Assembly (NCBI GenBank): GCA_964579395.1
Contig: CAZOFT010000002.1
Coordinates: 66,071-130,070, forward strand
Length of the DNA stretch: 64,000 nucleotides
Origin: an uncultured Gammaproteobacteria bacterium
GTDB taxonomy: Bacteria; Patescibacteriota; Microgenomatia; UBA1406; GWC2-37-13
Direction: 5' to 3'
Below, in pieces: positions 24,521 to 34,781 of the stretch (positions are counted from its first letter, which is position 1; every line of letters starts with the position of its first letter). Below the pieces are notes generated by a model. The model saw only the letters and a program-made list of their open reading frames with translations, was not told the DNA's origin and made no database searches. The position numbers were made by a program, and so were the translations under genes.

Positions 24521-25750
24521 TCAGTCTCTGAGATAGGAAGCAGTATCCGGATCGATGTGTTCGGGTCCGAACCCGATTCCCACAAAGTACGCAGGAAAGC
24601 GGCGAAGAAACGGAACCCACTGCAGGAGCCGGAGGATAAGCGGTGGTGTTGTCACTCCCGTTCCTTCCAGAATAGGCTCCATCAGGCGTTTGTGCAGCTG
24701 CACTTGCAGTCGTTGTGTGTTGACTGTCGGGTCCATGCGCCGCGCCTGTATCTTGGCCAGATCTACTTCATTTGGGGTGCCGTGTTTATATGCGGGGATG
24801 AGCACGTTGGCTGCAGCTACCGCATCCTGAATAGCCAGGTTGATTCCGACTCCTCCGACAGGAGATACAGCATGTGCTGCGTCTCCGATCATAAGAAGCC
24901 CGGGTTTGTACCATTGGCTCAGCCGGTCGACCCGTACGCTCAGAAGCTTGATTTGATCCCAGCGTGTAAGCTTGTGTACCGACTCAGACAAAAACGGGAC
25001 AAGCTCAGAGATTGAGGCGCGAAACGCAGGAAGCCCTTGTGCTTTAATGTGTTCACCCGTGCCTTTTTTAATCAGATACCCGCACTGCCAGTAGTCATCG
25101 CGGTCCAGCAGCACCATCATGTGATTGTCGCCGATGTAGGCAAGCGACTCGTCCCCATCACCTTGTTGCGGCAGATGAAACCAAAACACATCAATCGGTG
25201 CACCCAAATCCTGTGCTTTCATACCGGCTGCATCGCGGATTACCGAATGTCGGCCGTCAGCACCCACAACCAGATCTGCATGGATCTCAATCCGCTTCTT
25301 TTTATGTGTTGCTTGCATTCCAATCACCTGCCCGTCTTTTGTGAGAAGATCCGTTGCTTCCGTCTCCATCAGCAGATGAAATGTGTCGTACGCGCGGGCT
25401 TTTTCTGTAAGGAAGTTGAGAAAATCCCATTGCGGGATAAACGCTATGTATGGCTCACGTACTTTGAGGTGAGAAAAGTCAGCGATGACAAACGGTTTGC
25501 CCTGAATGTGCCCGATCATCTCGCGCGTTTTGTTATGGGGAAGCTTGAGAAAGTCGTCGAGAATGCCGAGTTCAGCAAGTACTTCCATCGTCGACGGGTG
25601 GATCGTGTCACCGCGAAAATCCCGAAAGAAGTCTTTGTGTTTCTCAAGAACATACGTGTCGACGCCCGCGCGTGCCAAGAGGTATCCAAGCACGATTCCG
25701 GCCGGACCGCCACCTGCGATGACGCACCGGGTGCTGTAATCTGTCTCCAT
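24521..25750 (-). CDS. FAD-dependent monooxygenase/oxidoreductase (UbiH/aromatic hydroxylase-like)
   Basis: It has the N-terminal dinucleotide fold CVIAGGGPAGIVLGYLLARAGVDTYVLEKH and the GD motif LMIGDAAHAVSPVGGVGINLAIQDA. Confidence 0.8.
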   Translation of the reverse strand: METDYSTRCVIAGGGPAGIVLGYLLARAGVDTYVLEKHKDFFRDFRGDTIHPSTMEVLAELGILDDFLKLPHNKTREMIGHIQGKPFVIADFSHLKVREPYIAFIPQWDFLNFLTEKARAYDTFHLLMETEATDLLTKDGQVIGMQATHKKKRIEIHADLVVGADGRHSVIRDAAGMKAQDLGAPIDVFWFHLPQQGDGDESLAYIGDNHMMVLLDRDDYWQCGYLIKKGTGEHIKAQGLPAFRASISELVPFLSESVHKLTRWDQIKLLSVRVDRLSQWYKPGLLMIGDAAHAVSPVGGVGINLAIQDAVAAANVLIPAYKHGTPNEVDLAKIQARRMDPTVNTQRLQVQLHKRLMEPILEGTGVTTPPLILRLLQWVPFLRRFPAYFVGIGFGPEHIDPDTASYLRD

Positions 25751-25814
25751 ACCCCAAGTCTAGCGAATTATGATCAGTTTTTCCTGAGCAGATTCGTTGT
25801 ACAATGTATGTTGC

Positions 25815-27140
25815 ATGTTCACACGCATTCAATCATTGCTGAGTCGCCACTGGGGACTGCTATTGTGTATGCTTATTACCGCAGTAGGCATGTACCTGCG
25901 GTTTTGGCATATCGGCAACAACTACGAATACGGGTTTGATCAGGTGCGCGATGCGTGGAAGGTGCGCGACATCCTCAATGGCAAGCTCATACTGGACGGC
26001 CCCCGCACGGGCGTGGGCGACTTTCATATCGGGCCGTTGTGGTACTACTATCTGACGCCGTTTTACTGGTATTTTAATCGTGATCCTATTGCGGCGATGT
26101 ATGCCAATATTCCCATAAATCTGTTTAATTTTGTGGCGCTTTATTGGGCAAGCAGTCGTATGTTCGGGCGCCCCATAGCGCTGGTGAGTGTGGCGGTGTT
26201 GGCGGTGTCACGTTACTTAATCACCATCACTATGGTGCCTTGGAATGTGTCACCGATAATCGGTGTATCAGCCGTCATTTTGTACGGGCTATATCGGATA
26301 GTGTTTGAACGATCGCGCTGGTGGATCCCCGGGGTAGTGACACTGGCAGGTCTGTTTTTTCATTTGCATGCAGCTTTTGTATTTGTAGTGGGGAGTATTG
26401 CCGTGACGCTTCTGACTCTCGCCCCTGATCGTCGGGTAGTCCTCAAATGGGCAGTTTTATCGCTGCCGCTGTTTTTCATTTGGTTTATACCGATCATTAT
26501 CTTTAACGCACAGCAGATAAATGATGTGGGCCGATTGCAGGGATTTGCCACAACGAGCATCATCGATGGATTTCATCCCCGCATCATGGCGCGCCAGGCG
26601 ATTGCGGGGCTGGCGATGTTTCAGGTATTGTGGGGGTTGGGCGGCGATCCGCTGCTGTGGACCCGGTTTGTCATACCCGTCTTGTTTGCAGTCATGACGC
26701 TTTTTACCAAGCAGGCATATAACCGCCGATTATTTTGGCTTTTGGCTATATGGTGCTCCATGCCGGTTTTGATGTATATGCTTTACACCGGCCAGACATC
26801 TGAATATTATGTGCTTCTTACTGCGCCTGTTGTGGTCTGGATCGGAATGCTTTTGATCGGTACGGTTGCGCAGCGGCTCGGTCGCCGGGGAGAATATATC
26901 GCCTATGGCATCGTGGTGATCGCTCTTGGTTTGTTTGCTTCAAGACAGACCGTTGATCTCTGGATAAAGCCTGAGTATGCAGGGTATTGGCGCCAACGTG
27001 ACTGGGCGATAGATAAAGTGGTTCGAAAAAATGAGCCGGTTGAATTCGGCGAGGGTGATATCAGCTCCTATTTTCATGCGCTCTATCATGAGGACCATAT
27101 TACTCCGGTTGAGCTTCGCCAGTGGACCCCCGACAACTAA
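25815..27140 (+). CDS. GT-C-like polytopic membrane glycosyltransferase (paralog of 9308-10789)
   Basis: The loop motif YGFDQVRDAWKVRDIL...GDFHIGPLWYYYLTPFYW parallels GDQGRDSLIMRDI...GPLYYYMMAPW of the other gene. ATG 25815 lies 9 nt after TACAAT (25800-25805). Confidence 0.55.
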   Translation: MFTRIQSLLSRHWGLLLCMLITAVGMYLRFWHIGNNYEYGFDQVRDAWKVRDILNGKLILDGPRTGVGDFHIGPLWYYYLTPFYWYFNRDPIAAMYANIPINLFNFVALYWASSRMFGRPIALVSVAVLAVSRYLITITMVPWNVSPIIGVSAVILYGLYRIVFERSRWWIPGVVTLAGLFFHLHAAFVFVVGSIAVTLLTLAPDRRVVLKWAVLSLPLFFIWFIPIIIFNAQQINDVGRLQGFATTSIIDGFHPRIMARQAIAGLAMFQVLWGLGGDPLLWTRFVIPVLFAVMTLFTKQAYNRRLFWLLAIWCSMPVLMYMLYTGQTSEYYVLLTAPVVVWIGMLLIGTVAQRLGRRGEYIAYGIVVIALGLFASRQTVDLWIKPEYAGYWRQRDWAIDKVVRKNEPVEFGEGDISSYFHALYHEDHITPVELRQWTPDN

Positions 27141-27181
27141 CAACTGGTAACCGAGAACCCACTATGGTATGATCTGCTGTG

Positions 27182-27727
27182 ATGAATCAACAGCTGTACT
27201 GTGCATTCTTTCGCGGTATCAATATCGGTCCCCATAAAAAAGTCCCGATGGCACGGGTAAAGGAACTATTTATAGAGTTTGGCGCAGCAGACATCACCAC
27301 ACTTCTCAATAGCGGAAATGTAGTGTTTGCAAAAAACGCACGCGATGAGCATGATCTGGAGCACCTGATTGAGCACATGATGGAGCGTGAATTTGGCTTT
27401 TCTGTACCCACTATCATCCGTAGTCGCGATGAGATGCAGCAGATGATTGATGCTGATCCGTTTGCCGGCATCAAGCTGACAAACGATATTCGTCTGTATG
27501 TTACCCTTCTCCAAAAAGAAACCGCACCACCTATTGCACTTCCTTATGTTTCTGCAGATGCATCATATCGTATTCTTGCCGCCACCAATACTGTTGTCTA
27601 TAGCGTTTTGGACGTGTCAAAAACCGGCACAACAGAAGTAATGAATATTCTTGAAAAACAGTGGGGAAGCGGCGTCACCACGCGTAACTGGAATACCATT
27701 GAGAAAGTATGGAAAATCATGCAGTAA
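27182..27727 (+). CDS. DUF1697 domain protein
   Basis: MNQQLYCAFFRGINIGPHKKVPMARVKELF matches the LRGINVGG-type DUF1697 N-terminus. ATG 27182 lies 8 nt after TATGAT. Confidence 0.7.
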   Translation: MNQQLYCAFFRGINIGPHKKVPMARVKELFIEFGAADITTLLNSGNVVFAKNARDEHDLEHLIEHMMEREFGFSVPTIIRSRDEMQQMIDADPFAGIKLTNDIRLYVTLLQKETAPPIALPYVSADASYRILAATNTVVYSVLDVSKTGTTEVMNILEKQWGSGVTTRNWNTIEKVWKIMQ

Positions 27728-28002
27728 CCAAACAGTCTATCATCCGCACCTTTAGGACGATTCCATCAGTCGGGCCTGCAGTTGCCCAAGACTTGTATAA
27801 CCTTGGGTATCGATCCATTGCAGAGTTGAAGGATCAGGATCCGCAAGACATGTATGAGCGACTCTGCGCTTTGCAGGGGGTCAAAGTCGACCGCTGCATG
27901 CTCTACACGTTTTACTGCATCGTGTATTACGCTTCTCACGACACACACGATCCGCAAAAGCTCAAATGGTGGAATTGGAAAGACACTGCAAACGGGGTAT
28001 AA
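27709..28002 (+). CDS. helix-hairpin-helix domain protein (Cdd1-like)
   Basis: The protein is 97 aa. It contains the HhH-type motif IPSVGPAVAQDLYNLGYRSIAELK, and the C-terminal WWNWK region is as seen in small HhH proteins. It overlaps the upstream gene by 19 nt. Confidence 0.55.
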   Translation: MENHAVTKQSIIRTFRTIPSVGPAVAQDLYNLGYRSIAELKDQDPQDMYERLCALQGVKVDRCMLYTFYCIVYYASHDTHDPQKLKWWNWKDTANGV

Positions 28003-28011
28003 TGGGGGACT

Positions 28012-28656
28012 ATGCGACAGTATTCTTCATATTTGTTTGACTTTGACGGCACACTAACTGCGACGCTCCCACTTTGGTTTGAGGCGATATCAAAAACACT
28101 TGTTGCGCAAAAGACCTCACTTAGTGATCATGACATTGCGGCCCACCTGTTGGGTGGTTGGGCATCAGACAGAGTGGACGGCTTGTCTCATATTGGCATT
28201 ACCAATGCAGTTGAGTTTTCTGACTCTGTAAATGAGATGATTAAAGACAGCAACCTTCATGAAGCACTTCTCCATTCGGGTGCAGAGACAATTCTGCACG
28301 TTTTGAAACAGAAACAGCGATACCGCGCGCTCGTAACAAATAATTTTCAAGTGAATGTGGATCGCGCCCTTCTACATCATCAGCTGAATGACATGTTTGA
28401 TGTTGTTGTGACAAGAGATAGTGTGACTCGTGTAAAACCTGATCCGGAGATGGTTCGCCTCGCACTTGGCGGGCGTGAACCGGCTGATGCCGTGATGATC
28501 GGTGACACCGCCCATGATGTGGCAGCGGCAAAAGCAGCGGGGGTGACGGCGGTCGTGTATTTTCCCAAAGAAAATGAGCGGTATTACAGTTATTCGTATA
28601 TCAAGTCGTTTGGTGCCGATCACATCATTCGTACCTTTGACGAGTTGATAGCATAG
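28012..28656 (+). CDS. HAD-superfamily hydrolase (phosphoglycolate-phosphatase-like)
   Basis: YLFDFDGTL is motif I, LVTNN is motif II, and MIGDTAHDVAAAKAAGV is motif IV. Confidence 0.8.
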   Translation: MRQYSSYLFDFDGTLTATLPLWFEAISKTLVAQKTSLSDHDIAAHLLGGWASDRVDGLSHIGITNAVEFSDSVNEMIKDSNLHEALLHSGAETILHVLKQKQRYRALVTNNFQVNVDRALLHHQLNDMFDVVVTRDSVTRVKPDPEMVRLALGGREPADAVMIGDTAHDVAAAKAAGVTAVVYFPKENERYYSYSYIKSFGADHIIRTFDELIA

Positions 28657-28659
28657 CCT

Positions 28660-28995
28660 ATGGCAGTTACTGCTGATTTTATTGAATACATCACCAAAGA
28701 TGTGCTTTCTGAGCTCGGGTCACAAGTCACCGGTAGGCGCATGTTTGGCGGATATGGACTGTATTTACGCGGACAGTTTTTTGCGATTCTGACTGATGAT
28801 GAGATGTATTTTAAGACAGACGAAGACACAAGGCTGCATTACAAAGAGCGCGGATCAAAACCGTTTCAATATGCGAAAAAAACCGGACAGATCATGACGA
28901 CCTCCTATTGGCTTGTGCCGGAGAATGTGTTGGAGGACCGATTTGAAGTAGCAAACTGGGCCCGGATTGCCGCCTCACTTCGTGAACAAAAATAA
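28660..28995 (+). CDS. TfoX N-terminal domain family protein
   Basis: RRMFGGYGLYLRGQFFAILTDDEMYFKTDE is the typical TfoX_N core. Confidence 0.7.
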   Translation: MAVTADFIEYITKDVLSELGSQVTGRRMFGGYGLYLRGQFFAILTDDEMYFKTDEDTRLHYKERGSKPFQYAKKTGQIMTTSYWLVPENVLEDRFEVANWARIAASLREQK

Positions 28996-28996
28996 G

Positions 28997-29920
28997 CTAC
29001 TCCGCTTCAAGAGTACGATATGCCACTGATGTATTGATCCAATTCACAAGCTCCTTAGTATCTGCAAATCGATCATCACTTTTGAGGACCACCATAATGA
29101 GTTCGTGTCCGTCAGGGCGACGATAGAGTGTAACCAGGTTTTCACCGGCCTCTTCCGTATAGCCGGTCTTCAATCCGCCTACGCCCGGAATAGCTCCCAG
29201 AAGTTGGTTCACATTGGATAGCGGATGGAAGTAGGTGAATGTTTCATCGGATACGGTGATTTGCTTGGTGTGAACCATCTTTGCCAAGTATTCATTGTTC
29301 AACAGTTCGCGTGCCGCAAGAGTCAGATCATATGCGGTAGATACATGCTGTGGGTTGTGAAGGCCGGCCGGATTGGTGAAATTGGTATCGTTCATGTGAA
29401 GCGCTTTGGCCTTTTCATTCATGAGCGCAATGAATTTATCATATCCGTAAAAATCAGCGACAGCATAGGCTGCATCATTTCCTGAATGGACCAGCATCCC
29501 ATAGAGCAGGTTTTCGACAGTTATTCGCTCACCGGTCACCAGATTCATGACTTGTCCCTCATTCTGAACAGGGGGCACTTTGACAATATCATCAGTTTTA
29601 TATTTGTCATAGGTTACAAGCGCCGTGATTACTTTGGTTGTGGAGGCCGGGTAGGTGGTTGTGCGCTCATTTTTACCGAAGACCGGTGTGAGCGTATCGC
29701 GATCGACAATATACACGCTGTAGGCGCTCACTGCAGGCTGGGTGCTGTTGGTCACATAGGGGTAGGGACGATCATACTCAAGCGCCAACACTGTTTCGCT
29801 GATCGGAACAAACACATCTCTATTGTAGGCGTACGTATGTAAAAGCTCAGTATTGCCCGGATACCATAAAAACAAAAAAACGAATGCGAGATAAAACAGT
29901 ATTCGTGCAATGCGCATCAT
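28997..29920 (-). CDS. D-alanyl-D-alanine carboxypeptidase (S11, PBP5-like)
   Basis: An N-terminal hydrophobic anchor is followed by SxxK (ASTTKVIT), SxN (HSGND) and KTG (LKTGYT) motifs in the correct order. Confidence 0.85.
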   Translation of the reverse strand: MMRIARILFYLAFVFLFLWYPGNTELLHTYAYNRDVFVPISETVLALEYDRPYPYVTNSTQPAVSAYSVYIVDRDTLTPVFGKNERTTTYPASTTKVITALVTYDKYKTDDIVKVPPVQNEGQVMNLVTGERITVENLLYGMLVHSGNDAAYAVADFYGYDKFIALMNEKAKALHMNDTNFTNPAGLHNPQHVSTAYDLTLAARELLNNEYLAKMVHTKQITVSDETFTYFHPLSNVNQLLGAIPGVGGLKTGYTEEAGENLVTLYRRPDGHELIMVVLKSDDRFADTKELVNWINTSVAYRTLEAE

Positions 29921-29952
29921 ACTAGTATGGTGTGAATCATGTATCGGTTTGC

Positions 29953-31347
29953 TTAGACGACTTTTATGCCAAGTTCCTTGAGTTGAGCATCATCTACTGT
30001 ATTTGGTGCATCCATGACGGCCGTCTTTCCGCTTGAAGTCATTGGGAATGCTTGTGTTTCACTCAATGCTGACTGGCCGCTGAGAAGCATCATATGGCGA
30101 TCGAGTCCCATGCCGATTCCGCCGTGGGGCGGGGTGGCAAACGAAAATGCTTCAAGCATATGTCCGATGCTGTCTTGCGTTTCTTGTTTGCTGTATCCCA
30201 TAATGCGATAGGTGGCTTCCAGTATCTCCGGAAGATGTGCGCGCACACTGCCGCCACCGGCCTCGTACCCATTACAGACAAGGTCATACTGAGACGTGCG
30301 AATGGACTCGATATTGGTGCCGGCCATATGATCTTTCATCGATTCAGGAGTAGGAATGGAAAACGGATTGTGCGTAAAGGTCCATCCTGATTTGCCGTCG
30401 ACGACTTCTGCCGCATCTTTCGCATCTACTTGCTTGAAAAAAGGAAAGTTTACGACCCATGCAAACGCAAGAGTGCCGTCTTCTTTTTCTGCTTCACTTC
30501 GCAGATCAAATTTATCTGCGCCGTATTTGCTCATCGCATCATCATACGTGATGATCGGAAACTCTTCTGTTTGCAGCTTGCCGCCGACTGCTTTGATCGC
30601 CTGCACAAGAAGTGTCTTGATTTCGTGCATTATCTCCTGCTGCGTCATAAAACTCATTTCCATATCAAGCTGGGTGTGTTCAAATCCGCGATCGGCGCGC
30701 AAGTCTTCATCGCGCACACAACGGGCAAATTGAAAGTATCGCTCGACACCGGCAACCATAAGAAGCTGTTTGTACTGTTGGGGTGATTGGGGCAGCGCAT
30801 AAAAATGCCCTGGATTCAGGCGGCTGGGTACCAAAAAGTCACGAGAACCCTCTTTTGTTGATTTGGTGAGGATGGGTGTTTCAACTTCTGTGAACCCGCG
30901 CTTATACAAACCTTGTCGAAGCGCATGGGAATACTCGGAGCGAAGCTGGATCATGCGATTCATTCGGGGACGACGCAAGTCGAGGTAACGGTATCGCAGG
31001 CGCACCTCCGGATCAATATCCAGCCCATCAGTTCCCAGGGGCAATGGGGGAACTTCAGTTTGGGCAATAAGCTCATACGATGTGGCTTGCATCTCAACCG
31101 TGCCGGTCTCCATGTTTGGGTTGATCAGGCGCTCAGGTCGTTTGACTATTGTTCCGGTTATTTTGAGAAGGGCCTCCGTCTGAATGCCGTGAAAGCTGTC
31201 GTTGCCGACTACCTGAATCTTGCCGGTGCGATCGCGCAGATCGATAAATACTACTTTTTTATGATCACGTACCGTATCTGCCCAGCCGATAAGCTCGATT
31301 GTCTCATCAATATGGTCTAATGCATCAATAACGGAGTATTTCTTCAT
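29953..31347 (-). CDS. aspS: aspartate--tRNA ligase, bacterial-type core without the GAD insertion
   Basis: It has an N-terminal OB fold (ELIGWADTVRDHKKVVFIDLRDRTGKIQVV), motif 2 CVRDEDLRADRGFEHTQLDMEMSF, HNPFSIP, and motif 3 GGIGMGLDRHMMLL. It is 464 aa. Confidence 0.9.
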   Translation of the reverse strand: MKKYSVIDALDHIDETIELIGWADTVRDHKKVVFIDLRDRTGKIQVVGNDSFHGIQTEALLKITGTIVKRPERLINPNMETGTVEMQATSYELIAQTEVPPLPLGTDGLDIDPEVRLRYRYLDLRRPRMNRMIQLRSEYSHALRQGLYKRGFTEVETPILTKSTKEGSRDFLVPSRLNPGHFYALPQSPQQYKQLLMVAGVERYFQFARCVRDEDLRADRGFEHTQLDMEMSFMTQQEIMHEIKTLLVQAIKAVGGKLQTEEFPIITYDDAMSKYGADKFDLRSEAEKEDGTLAFAWVVNFPFFKQVDAKDAAEVVDGKSGWTFTHNPFSIPTPESMKDHMAGTNIESIRTSQYDLVCNGYEAGGGSVRAHLPEILEATYRIMGYSKQETQDSIGHMLEAFSFATPPHGGIGMGLDRHMMLLSGQSALSETQAFPMTSSGKTAVMDAPNTVDDAQLKELGIKVV

Positions 31348-31445
31348 AGGCTATAGTATAGCATGCAGGTGTAGTCCAATGGTGTCTGTTGGTGTTGATT
31401 GAAGAGTGATTTGTCGGTTGTTTTGATAAAAACAATGTTGCGGCG

Positions 31446-33134
31446 TCAGCCGATATGTCTGATCATCAGCTGGAGTTTTACATTTCCTTGCCATTCGTTT
31501 TCGCCGATGGTGTAAACGATTTGTTTTTGATCAGCATGCGCTTTGAGCTCTTCCAGTTGCTCACCCATCCCGAATGCAATGCAGTCGGTGCCGGTTTCTT
31601 TGACGGCAAATGCCAGGTGTGAACCATCTTTGCCCAGTGTTCTGGGTTTTGCTGGCGTGATGGTACTTACAAACTGCGGTGTGGGGTTGCCGATACCAAA
31701 GGGTCGCAGCTCATCAAGTGCCTGAGAAAGAGTGAGGGTCGCCGCTTCTACGGGAAGTGCGATATCCGGTGTGAGCACCCGCTCGAGATCTTCCGGTGTC
31801 AGTCGACTGCCGGCCGCATTGGAAATTGCAGCAATAAACCCATCCACCTGTTCGTCTTGAATTGTGAATCCAGCAGCCTGCGCGTGGCCTCCGACATCAA
31901 CAAGATATGATTTGTGCTCACGTAAAAAGTCGGTCAGGTGAAGTGCGGGAATGGATCGGGCTGAGGCTTTGTAAAATCCGTCAGTTCGGGTCATCACGAT
32001 AGTCGGACGCCAGTATTTTTCAACGAGCTTTGAAGCGATAAGGCCGATGATCCCCTCGTGCCAGCTGTCTGAGCGAACGACCAAAATAGGTGGCAATGTC
32101 TCTTGCGTATACGTGTCTTCAACCCATTTGATTGCTTCTTCAATAGATGTTTTTACCAAGTCCTGGCGCTTGGCGTTGGTGTCTTGGAGTTTGTCAGTAA
32201 GTGCCTGCGCGCGTGCCGGGTCGGTGGTACAAAGCAGTCTGAGTGCGTCAAGCGCATGCTCTAATCGACCGATCGCATTGATGCGGGGCGCGATCACAAA
32301 CCCGATTTCATACGGTGTTACCGGCTTTGCGCCGATACCCGCCTGCTCCATGAGTTTTTTCAGTCCGATGCGCTCTAGGTGCTTAAATGCTTCCAGTCCG
32401 TGATAGACAATGCTTCGCGTCGGGCCGACCAGCGGTACCAAATCTGCCACACTTCCTATGCTGGCCAGACACAGATAGTCGCCCGCAAATGAAGCGTCCA
32501 GAAGTGCCTGTGTATGGGTATCCAGATCTTTTTTGAAGTGATGATAGATAAAACGCGCGACCATATAGCTTACCCCTGATCCGGAAAGGGCGGGGATGTG
32601 AAAGACAGCAAGTGCACTGCCGGGCGGGCCACTTTCAGGCTTCAAGTGATGGTCTGTCACCACGACCGGAATACCGATATCATTTGCGTGTTTGATTTTT
32701 TCTTCTGCAGTTATGCCATGATCGACACTGATAATAAGCGCCGGATCAAACTCCTCTTTGACGTGATCAATGCCTTTTATGGAAAATCCATATCCTTCGT
32801 GCACGCGGTGGGGCACATACGGCATGACCGTAAATCCCATGCGATGCAGTGCTTCCCACATGATTGCACCTCCGGTCACACCGTCAGCGTCATAATCGGT
32901 ATATACCACAATGGATTGGTTGTTCAGGCGAATCTGCTCGAGTTTGGCAATCAGTGCCTCACATGCTGGTTGCAGACTGTCGTCCAATTGTCCCAGTGTG
33001 ATGGTCTCCGGGTGCGGTGGTTGCAAAAATGCAGCCGGGTCTTCTATCTCTCGCTCCTCCAGAATGTGAGATACGATTGCAGCCGGAGTTAGATCATCAT
33101 CCGGTGTCAGTGTGAGTTGGGGCGTGATGTTCAT
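31446..33134 (-). CDS. recJ: single-stranded-DNA-specific exonuclease RecJ
   Basis: DHH-family motifs are present (VYTDYDADGVTGGAIM, SVDHG, VVTDHH) with DHHA1 GGHAQAAG. The start is set at ATG 33134 (MNITPQ), 1 nt after the rmuC stop (TAAAATG). The track extends to 33173. Confidence 0.9.
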   Translation of the reverse strand: MNITPQLTLTPDDDLTPAAIVSHILEEREIEDPAAFLQPPHPETITLGQLDDSLQPACEALIAKLEQIRLNNQSIVVYTDYDADGVTGGAIMWEALHRMGFTVMPYVPHRVHEGYGFSIKGIDHVKEEFDPALIISVDHGITAEEKIKHANDIGIPVVVTDHHLKPESGPPGSALAVFHIPALSGSGVSYMVARFIYHHFKKDLDTHTQALLDASFAGDYLCLASIGSVADLVPLVGPTRSIVYHGLEAFKHLERIGLKKLMEQAGIGAKPVTPYEIGFVIAPRINAIGRLEHALDALRLLCTTDPARAQALTDKLQDTNAKRQDLVKTSIEEAIKWVEDTYTQETLPPILVVRSDSWHEGIIGLIASKLVEKYWRPTIVMTRTDGFYKASARSIPALHLTDFLREHKSYLVDVGGHAQAAGFTIQDEQVDGFIAAISNAAGSRLTPEDLERVLTPDIALPVEAATLTLSQALDELRPFGIGNPTPQFVSTITPAKPRTLGKDGSHLAFAVKETGTDCIAFGMGEQLEELKAHADQKQIVYTIGENEWQGNVKLQLMIRHIG

Positions 33135-33135
33135 T

Positions 33136-34116
33136 TTAATTATTCTCGTTATCAAGAGGAAGCTCTTTGACATCAGTGGTCTTGCTCATCAGTTGGGTGG
33201 CGGTCACTTTTTGACCGATTGCATTGATGGAGCGGGCAACATTGGGAATCTGATTGTAGGCATTGGTGATATGTTTGCCCAAGACGCCCATGGACTCATC
33301 GACTTTTTCATAGTCAGATTTGATCCCTTGAATAATTTGTATGATTTGTTTGGCTTGTTCTTGAATGCGCTGTCCTTCATACGACATGAGAATTGCCTGA
33401 ATATACGCGTAAAAACTCATGGGCGACACCGGAAGAATGCGCTTTGCAGAGGCAAAATCGTATAAGTCAGCATCTTTGATGATTTCATAATAAATGGCTT
33501 CTGAAGGGATGTACATCAGGGCATAATCGGTGGTGTGTTGGTCGGGGAGAATATACTTTTTTGCAATATCCGTGACATGTTTTTTCACGTCGCGGGTGAA
33601 TTGTTTTTTAGCCGCGTCCTTGGCCGCATCACTTTCTGCCTCTAATTGTGCCCGAAAGTTTTCCATCGGGAATTTGGAGTCGATCGGTATATCGCCATTG
33701 GCCGTGCGAATCAATGCATCCACTTTCTCCCCGTTTGCAAATCCATGCTGTAGAGAATAGGCAGTCGGTGGAAAATACTGTTTGAGCATGTCGCTTAAAA
33801 TCTGCTCACCCACATTGCCGCGCAGCTTTGGTGACTGCAACAGGGTCTGCAGGTCTTTCATGGAGCGGCCGATCTCCGTAAATACACCGACTTCTTTTTG
33901 CAGGCTCGAGATCACATGAGCCGCGTTATCAAGGCGCGAATTGAAGGCGGTCATACTACTGCTGAAGCGGGCATCGCTTGATTTGAGCCATTCAACAATC
34001 TCGGGCGATGTTTGCGCTTTTTGCTCTACTTGGGAGAGGCGTTGATAGAGTATGAAGCCGATGACTACGACAGCAAGAATGAGTATGACAAGCAGAATTT
34101 CAACAATCATATCCAC
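33136..34116 (-). CDS. rmuC: DNA recombination protein RmuC
   Basis: It has an N-terminal TM helix, a coiled region, then the RmuC nuclease-like core (LRGNVGEQILSDMLKQYFP...DALIRTANGDIPIDSKFP...YALMYIPSEAIYYE). Confidence 0.85.
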   Translation of the reverse strand: MDMIVEILLVILILAVVVIGFILYQRLSQVEQKAQTSPEIVEWLKSSDARFSSSMTAFNSRLDNAAHVISSLQKEVGVFTEIGRSMKDLQTLLQSPKLRGNVGEQILSDMLKQYFPPTAYSLQHGFANGEKVDALIRTANGDIPIDSKFPMENFRAQLEAESDAAKDAAKKQFTRDVKKHVTDIAKKYILPDQHTTDYALMYIPSEAIYYEIIKDADLYDFASAKRILPVSPMSFYAYIQAILMSYEGQRIQEQAKQIIQIIQGIKSDYEKVDESMGVLGKHITNAYNQIPNVARSINAIGQKVTATQLMSKTTDVKELPLDNENN

Positions 34117-34164
34117 TCATTATACGCGGATTTTGGGGGAAAGTGAATGACCGTTCACGCGCTG

Positions 34165-34767
34165 TTACTGAGGGTTGAAGAGGTATTCCATGTAGGAGGC
34201 AATGCGCCGCAATCGTTCGCGCGGCTTCAATCGGCCTGTCGGAGTATCAATGCGTTGTATTGCTGTCATGAGTTTACGAACTGTTTTTTCCACCGTTGAT
34301 ACGTCGTATTGTTGCGGCACTTTGTGCTCACGTACTTCCGGAATCAGATCACTTTCCATGTGTACAAACTGCATGTCGGCTTCGACAAATCCTTCAGCAA
34401 CCGCTACGCCTGCTTCTGTGTTGGGGAGTGTCAGAAGGTCGACACTGAATCCGTCTTTTTCTTCGTCATATCCAGCCGCCACGCGCAAGATCCCTGTTCC
34501 CGTATGAAGGTAGCTGGCAGCGGCGTTGAGGTGTGTATGACGGGGGTCAAGGGCCTGATTGGTGATTACCGTCAGATATCCACCGCGTACAGCTTCCTGG
34601 CGCCAGGCACTGGTGTGCGTAGGAAACGTCCCATTATTGCGACTGCCGACAAACTCCTGTCCTGCAAGAATCAGTTGCTGCGCCATGTGGGGAGTGGTCA
34701 GATCTTCACCTGGTTTTGTCGCGTCGTGAATAAGACTAAGGTGAAGTGGGCGTTCGGTTGCTGTCAT
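34165..34767 (-). CDS. hypothetical protein (200 aa, no recognisable domain)
   Basis: This is a long ORF in the same orientation as its neighbours, tightly spaced from them. It is soluble by eye. I recognise no motif. Confidence 0.5.
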   Translation of the reverse strand: MTATERPLHLSLIHDATKPGEDLTTPHMAQQLILAGQEFVGSRNNGTFPTHTSAWRQEAVRGGYLTVITNQALDPRHTHLNAAASYLHTGTGILRVAAGYDEEKDGFSVDLLTLPNTEAGVAVAEGFVEADMQFVHMESDLIPEVREHKVPQQYDVSTVEKTVRKLMTAIQRIDTPTGRLKPRERLRRIASYMEYLFNPQ

Positions 34768-34781
34768 AGGACTAAATTGCC

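Noticed and set aside
25037-25939. A 300-aa plus-strand ORF.
   Set aside because: It lies entirely antisense to the well-supported FAD-dependent monooxygenase (24521-25750) and runs into the next gene's promoter. Its sequence has no recognisable motif and a low-complexity, Cys/His/Arg-rich composition typical of antisense frames.
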